The notes under the pieces were generated by a model. It ran no database searches. It had not been told where the DNA came from and worked only from the letters and a program-made list of their open reading frames with translations. DNA of 64,000 nt, from contig JBMORA010000027.1 of assembly GCA_049320885.1 (NCBI GenBank), positions 67,221 through 131,220 on the forward strand. Reading direction: 5' to 3'. Within the stretch, counting starts at the first letter, position 1. The number at the start of each line of letters is the position of its first letter. This document shows positions 59,710-64,000 of this stretch, piece after piece. The DNA comes from Thermodesulfobacteriota bacterium (GTDB lineage: Bacteria > Desulfobacterota > Desulfobacteria > Desulfobacterales > SURF-7). A program made the translations under genes and the position numbers.

Positions 59710-60957
59710 TTACGTATTCATAGCTTCCAAAAAGCTTTTATTATTATCTGTTCCGCTCATTTTATCAAGCAAAAATTCCAGGCTGTCAACCGGATTCAGG
59801 GTGGCCAGCAATTTTCGCAATATCCATACCCGGGTCAACGTTTCCGGGGACATGAGCAGCTCTTCCTTGCGCGTGCCGGAACGGTTGATATCGATGGCCG
59901 GATACAACCGCCGGTCCGAAAGCTTTCGATCCAGCTGCAATTCCATGTTGCCGGTGCCCTTGAACTCCTCAAAAATCACTTCATCCATGCGGCTGCCGGT
60001 GTCGATCAGCGCGGTGGCGATAATGGTCAGGCTGCCGCCTTCCTCGATATTGCGGGCCGCCCCGAAAAAGCGTTTGGGGCGATGAAGCGCGTTGGAATCG
60101 ACGCCGCCGGACAAAATCTTTCCACTGGGGGGCATCACCGCGTTGTAGGCCCGCGCCAGACGGGTGATGCTGTCCAGCAGGATGACCACGTTCTTTTTAT
60201 GTTCCACCAGGCGCTTGGCCTTCTCGATGACCATTTCCGCCACCTGGACATGCCGTTCCGCCGGCTCGTCGAAGGTGGAGCTGATCACCTCGGCATCCAC
60301 CGTGCGCGCCATGTCGGTCACTTCCTCCGGCCGCTCGTCGATGAGCAGCACAAAGGGGATGACATCCTTGTGACTGGCGATGATGGCGTTGGCGATGGAC
60401 TGCAGCAGCATGGTTTTACCGGTACGGGGCGGGGAAACGATCAGCCCGCGCTGCCCGAAACCGATGGGCGTCATCAGGTCCATGATTCGGGTGGAGTAGT
60501 TTTCCGGATCGGTTTCCAGCTTGATTTTACGGTTGGGATAGAGCGGCGTGAGGTTGTCGAACAGAATTTTCTCCCGGGCCACCTCCGGGTCCTCGTAATT
60601 GATGGCCTCCACCTTCAGCAGCGCGAAATAACGCTCCGTCTCCTTGGGCTGACGGATTTGCCCGGAGACCGTATCGCCGGTGCGCAGATTGAAGCGCCGG
60701 ATCTGGGACGGCGACACATAAATATCGTCCGGTCCCGGAAGGTAATTGTAATCCGGAGCGCGGAGAAAACCGAACCCGTCGGGCAGGATTTCCAGGGTTC
60801 CCTGCCCGTAAATCAGGCCGTTTTTTTCAATCTGGGCCTGGAGCAGGGCGAACATCAATTCCTGCTTGCGCAGGCCGGCCGCCCCTTCGATCTTGAATTC
60901 CCTGGCCATCTTCGTCAACTCACTGATGCTTTTCTTTTTGAGCTCAGCAATATTCAT
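59710..60957 (-). CDS. rho: Transcription termination factor Rho
   Basis: [54 protein letters not shown]. Confidence 0.98.
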   Translation of the reverse strand: MNIAELKKKSISELTKMAREFKIEGAAGLRKQELMFALLQAQIEKNGLIYGQGTLEILPDGFGFLRAPDYNYLPGPDDIYVSPSQIRRFNLRTGDTVSGQIRQPKETERYFALLKVEAINYEDPEVAREKILFDNLTPLYPNRKIKLETDPENYSTRIMDLMTPIGFGQRGLIVSPPRTGKTMLLQSIANAIIASHKDVIPFVLLIDERPEEVTDMARTVDAEVISSTFDEPAERHVQVAEMVIEKAKRLVEHKKNVVILLDSITRLARAYNAVMPPSGKILSGGVDSNALHRPKRFFGAARNIEEGGSLTIIATALIDTGSRMDEVIFEEFKGTGNMELQLDRKLSDRRLYPAIDINRSGTRKEELLMSPETLTRVWILRKLLATLNPVDSLEFLLDKMSGTDNNKSFLEAMNT

Positions 60958-61484
60958 TCACATTCACCCCTACAATGTATTTTCATCCCCACGGACTCTT
61001 CAAGTGTCCGATGTTCTACCCTAATTGATTGTTGTCTCCAGATCAGCAAACGACAGGCGACCGTCCCGGTTACGGTCCCGCGATACAGGAAAAGCGAACA
61101 ACGCATGTCACGGATGATGTCTTCGCGAACCTGTTTCTCCGGGCGCACTGAAAGTGAATGTCACAGGTTGATTCCAAGAAAATGTCGAAGATGAATGAGT
61201 GCTTTTTTGAATCAGACCATCAGCTTATATGAAGTCGAAAACATCATCCCCTATAGGCGGGTTCCTTGATCCTGGTGGAAGCTATACCAGATCACTTTTG
61301 CCTGTCAAGCGCTTTCGTCAGAACTTTCCGTTTTTCATCCCGGCGCGAGTCGTAAAAAAAACCGGCCCACCGGATCATTTTCACTTGCAAAGCAGCGTTT
61401 TTTCAGCTATAGGGTGCCATTTACAAGTTTTTGCGGCAAAATAACCATTGGCTGGACCGCGATGGAACGAAAGGGGCGAGATTT

Positions 61485-61694
61485 TTGAAACAGATTGAGG
61501 TCAAGGTTCTGGATAACGACCTTGAAAAGGCCATGCGTATCCTGAAGAAAAAGATTCAGAACGATGGTCTTTTTAAGCGCTTGAAATTAAAAAAGAGTTA
61601 TGAAAAACCAAGTGAATACCGACGCCGCAAACAGCGGGAATCCCTGCGCAGGCAGCGTATCGCGGCAGCCAAGGCAAGAATGAGAAAATATTAA
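61485..61694 (+). CDS. rpsU: 30S ribosomal protein S21
   Basis: IEVKV..NDLEKAMRILKKK...YEKPS..RRRK; TTG start with an AAGGGG RBS. Confidence 0.92.
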   Translation: MKQIEVKVLDNDLEKAMRILKKKIQNDGLFKRLKLKKSYEKPSEYRRRKQRESLRRQRIAAAKARMRKY

Positions 61695-61726
61695 CCGTCG
61701 GTTTTTTGTTCACGAAAAACAAAACG

Positions 61727-61764
61727 AACCCGGAAAGGATGATGCCATTCTTCCGGGTTTTTTT
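61727..61764 (+). terminator. Intrinsic terminator after rpsU
   Basis: AACCCGGAA/TTCCGGGTT stem followed by a T-run. Confidence 0.7.
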
Positions 61765-61768
61765 GCCT

Positions 61769-63079
61769 ATGCATTCAGACCAATCCTATCAGCAGTGTCT
61801 CGCGTCCATGTACGCGCTGAGACGGTTCGGGATCAAACTCGGACTCGATGTCATCACCAACATGCTCGGCGGCCTGGGGAACCCCCAGGACACCTATCAT
61901 ATCGTCCATGTCGCCGGCAGCAACGGGAAAGGCTCCATTTCCGCCACCCTCGCCGCCATCCTTCAGGAGGCCGGCTTCCAGGTCGGCCTGTATACCTCCC
62001 CCCACCTGGTGCGGTTCAACGAGCGCATCCGCATCAACGGGGAAGAAATCACCGACGCGGAGGTGGTGGCCTGTCACCAAGTCGTTCAGCAGGTCCATCA
62101 CGGCGACCGGGAACCGACCTTTTTTGAATACACCACGGCCATGGCCCTTTACGAATTCGGACGCCGCAAGGTCGACTGGGCCGTGATCGAAACCGGCATG
62201 GGGGGCCGTCTCGACGCCACCAACATCGTCAGGCCGGCCGTAGCCGTCATTTCCAACATCTCCCTGGAGCATCAGTTTTATCTGGGCGATACCCTCGCCC
62301 GGATCGCCGCCGAAAAGGCCGGGATCATCAAACAGGGCATTCCGGTGGTGACCGCGGCGAAACAGAAGTCGGTCCGGGAGGTCATCGAGGAAACCGCCCG
62401 CAAGAAAAAGGCCCCGGTGTATCGGCTGGGACGGGATTTCCGGATTCGGAGAAACGGCCGTGGCGGTTTCTCCTATTACGGCCTGGACCGGACCCTGCCG
62501 CAGGTGACCCCCGCCCTGGCGGGCGCTCACCAGTTCGAAAACACCGCGGTGGCCCTGGCCGCCTGTGAAGTGCTCATGAAAGGGACGAAAACCCGTCCGG
62601 CCCTTGCGATCCCGCCGGAAGCCGTCACCGCCGGTCTTGAAAAAACCCGGTGGCCGGGACGCCTGGAGATCCTGTCCCAAAACCCCCTGGTCATTCTGGA
62701 CGGGGCCCACAATCTGCCGGCCGTCAAGCTCCTCGTCCAATATCTGAAACCGCTGGTGGAAAACCGGCGGCTGATCCTGGTCATCGGCATCCTGAACGAC
62801 AAGGCCTTCGAACCCATGCTCAACAGCATCCTGCCCATCTGCGGGCGGGTCATTCTGACCCAGCCGCAAATCGACCGCAGCCTGCCACCGGAAGAGTTGC
62901 TGCGGGTGGCCCGGAACCATGCCGCGGATATCGAAATCCGCAAGGAGGTGGGGCAGGCCGTGAAATATGCCGTTGAAAGCGCCGGGCCGGAAGATGTGGT
63001 CTGCATCGCCGGCTCCCTGTATGTGGTGGGGGAAACCAAGGCCGCCGTGGAATCCGGCCTGGTCCGATTCCGGCCCTGA
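61769..63079 (+). CDS. folC: Bifunctional folylpolyglutamate/dihydrofolate synthase
   Basis: HVAGSNGKGS, YTSPHL, TFFE, ETGMGGRLDATN, WPGRLE, LDGAHN, GSLYVVG. Confidence 0.95.
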   Translation: MHSDQSYQQCLASMYALRRFGIKLGLDVITNMLGGLGNPQDTYHIVHVAGSNGKGSISATLAAILQEAGFQVGLYTSPHLVRFNERIRINGEEITDAEVVACHQVVQQVHHGDREPTFFEYTTAMALYEFGRRKVDWAVIETGMGGRLDATNIVRPAVAVISNISLEHQFYLGDTLARIAAEKAGIIKQGIPVVTAAKQKSVREVIEETARKKKAPVYRLGRDFRIRRNGRGGFSYYGLDRTLPQVTPALAGAHQFENTAVALAACEVLMKGTKTRPALAIPPEAVTAGLEKTRWPGRLEILSQNPLVILDGAHNLPAVKLLVQYLKPLVENRRLILVIGILNDKAFEPMLNSILPICGRVILTQPQIDRSLPPEELLRVARNHAADIEIRKEVGQAVKYAVESAGPEDVVCIAGSLYVVGETKAAVESGLVRFRP

Positions 63080-63152
63080 TACCCGCCGCCGCCGATTTTA
63101 TGGCTTGACTTATCCGCCACCTTTCATTATTGCTATTCCCGTATTCGCATGC

Positions 63153-63228
63153 GCGCCCGTAGCCCAGGGGATAGGGCGTCAGCCTCCGGAGCTGGAGATC
63201 GCAGGTTCGAATCCTGCCGGGCGCGCCA
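63153..63228 (+). tRNA. tRNA-Arg(CCG)
   Basis: Acceptor GCGCCCG/CGGGCGC, D-stem GCCC/GGGC, anticodon loop CT-CCG-GA, GGTTCGAATCC T-arm, encoded CCA. Confidence 0.96.
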
Positions 63229-63238
63229 CCATGAAATC

Positions 63239-63270
63239 AAGGGAGTGGATGAAAATCCAGTCCCTTTTTT
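63239..63270 (+). terminator. Intrinsic terminator after tRNA-Arg
   Basis: AAGGGAGTGGAT-GAAA-ATCCAGTCCCTT stem (one mismatch) plus a T-run. Confidence 0.7.
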
Positions 63271-63494
63271 ATTGGCGTGGTAACCAATGGACAACCGAAT
63301 CATCGGGCTGATTACAATCCGACAGCCGACAAGCAATGCCCTTACTTTCTAAACCAGGGACAATAACCAGACGAATTCCAAATAAGTGACGTCTGAACGA
63401 TAGCCCCGGGTATGTTCTTTCCGAATGATCGCGTTGATTCGGTTTGAAGTATACAACCAAATGATGTAGCATATGCATTTAAAGGAAAAGGGAA

Positions 63495-63920
63495 ATGATA
63501 ATCCAGCCGTATCAAAAATTGCTGAGGTTTGCCGGGATATTTTTGCTTATATTCATTCTCGGTTGGATTGACTGGTGGTCCGGATATGAATTTAATTTTT
63601 TCGTTTTCTATTTCATTCCCATAGGTCTTTCGGCTTGGCTTTTCGGATTTGAATCGTCACTTTTTATTTCGATAATGTCTTCTTTGACTTGGTATATTGC
63701 CGAACATTTATCAGGACACAGTTATTCGTCACCTGTTTATGCTTATTGGAACACATTGATTCGTCTCATTTCTTTCATGGTGATCGGCTGGTCTTTTAGC
63801 AGAATACATTATTTATTCCGTTCCGAGAAAATCAAGACAGAGAGCCTGGAAAAGGCGTTGACGAAAATACAACTACAAGCCATCTCAAAAAAAAATAAAC
63901 ACTTTTGGACACCAAGTTGA
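63495..63920 (+). CDS. Low-GC membrane protein resembling a signal-transduction sensor module, possibly truncated
   Basis: Four hydrophobic segments (IDWWSG.E.NF.VFY.IP, WNTLIRL) then a coiled coil LEKALTKIQ and an abrupt end. Confidence 0.55.
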   Translation: MIIQPYQKLLRFAGIFLLIFILGWIDWWSGYEFNFFVFYFIPIGLSAWLFGFESSLFISIMSSLTWYIAEHLSGHSYSSPVYAYWNTLIRLISFMVIGWSFSRIHYLFRSEKIKTESLEKALTKIQLQAISKKNKHFWTPS

Positions 63921-64000
63921 CGAATAACTCATTATAATATTGTATAAATACATGTAGTTATAAATATTTAAATTTATTTAAAATAAAACTAGACATAACA

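Noticed and set aside
60954..61148. 64-aa ORF in the rho leader as a leader peptide
   Set aside because: No convincing RBS or recognisable composition; cannot be supported from sequence alone

Overview
A GC-rich bacterial chromosomal segment, most consistent with a sulfate-reducing Desulfobacterota (deltaproteobacterial) genome, judged from gene content and order. Most of it is housekeeping, mainly on the minus strand: rdgB-pckG-ampG, iorAB, plsY, an ispH-UbiA fusion, parAB, a divergent stand-alone EF-G, panP, purLQ, the rpsB-tsf-pyrH-frr-uppS-cdsA-dxr-rseP block, rho-rpmE-prfA-prmC, rpsU-folC and tRNA-Arg(CCG). Three accessory areas stand out. (1) About 9.6-18 kb is a regulated metabolic cluster. 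It has a double-HTH MerR regulator facing a PLP alpha-oxoamine synthase with an N-terminal PilZ-like domain, and a TetR-associated operon of a Zn-dehydrogenase, an SCP2-like protein and an HACL/ILVBL-like ThDP enzyme. A secreted alpha/alpha-barrel glycosidase-like protein follows, then a cNMP-domain protein and a REC-GGDEF-HD-GYP protein. (2) About 32.4-46.5 kb is a type IV pilus tip locus: a putative sigma54-driven fimT-pilW-pilV-pilX-pilY1-small gene operon, an intrinsic terminator, then a second, very divergent pilY1 preceded by a nested inverted-repeat element. (3) An abrupt AT-rich region starts right after tRNA-Arg and looks like the edge of an integrated element. No CRISPR array, transposase, integrase or rRNA was recognised. 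All product calls come from motif recognition by eye; no searches were run.
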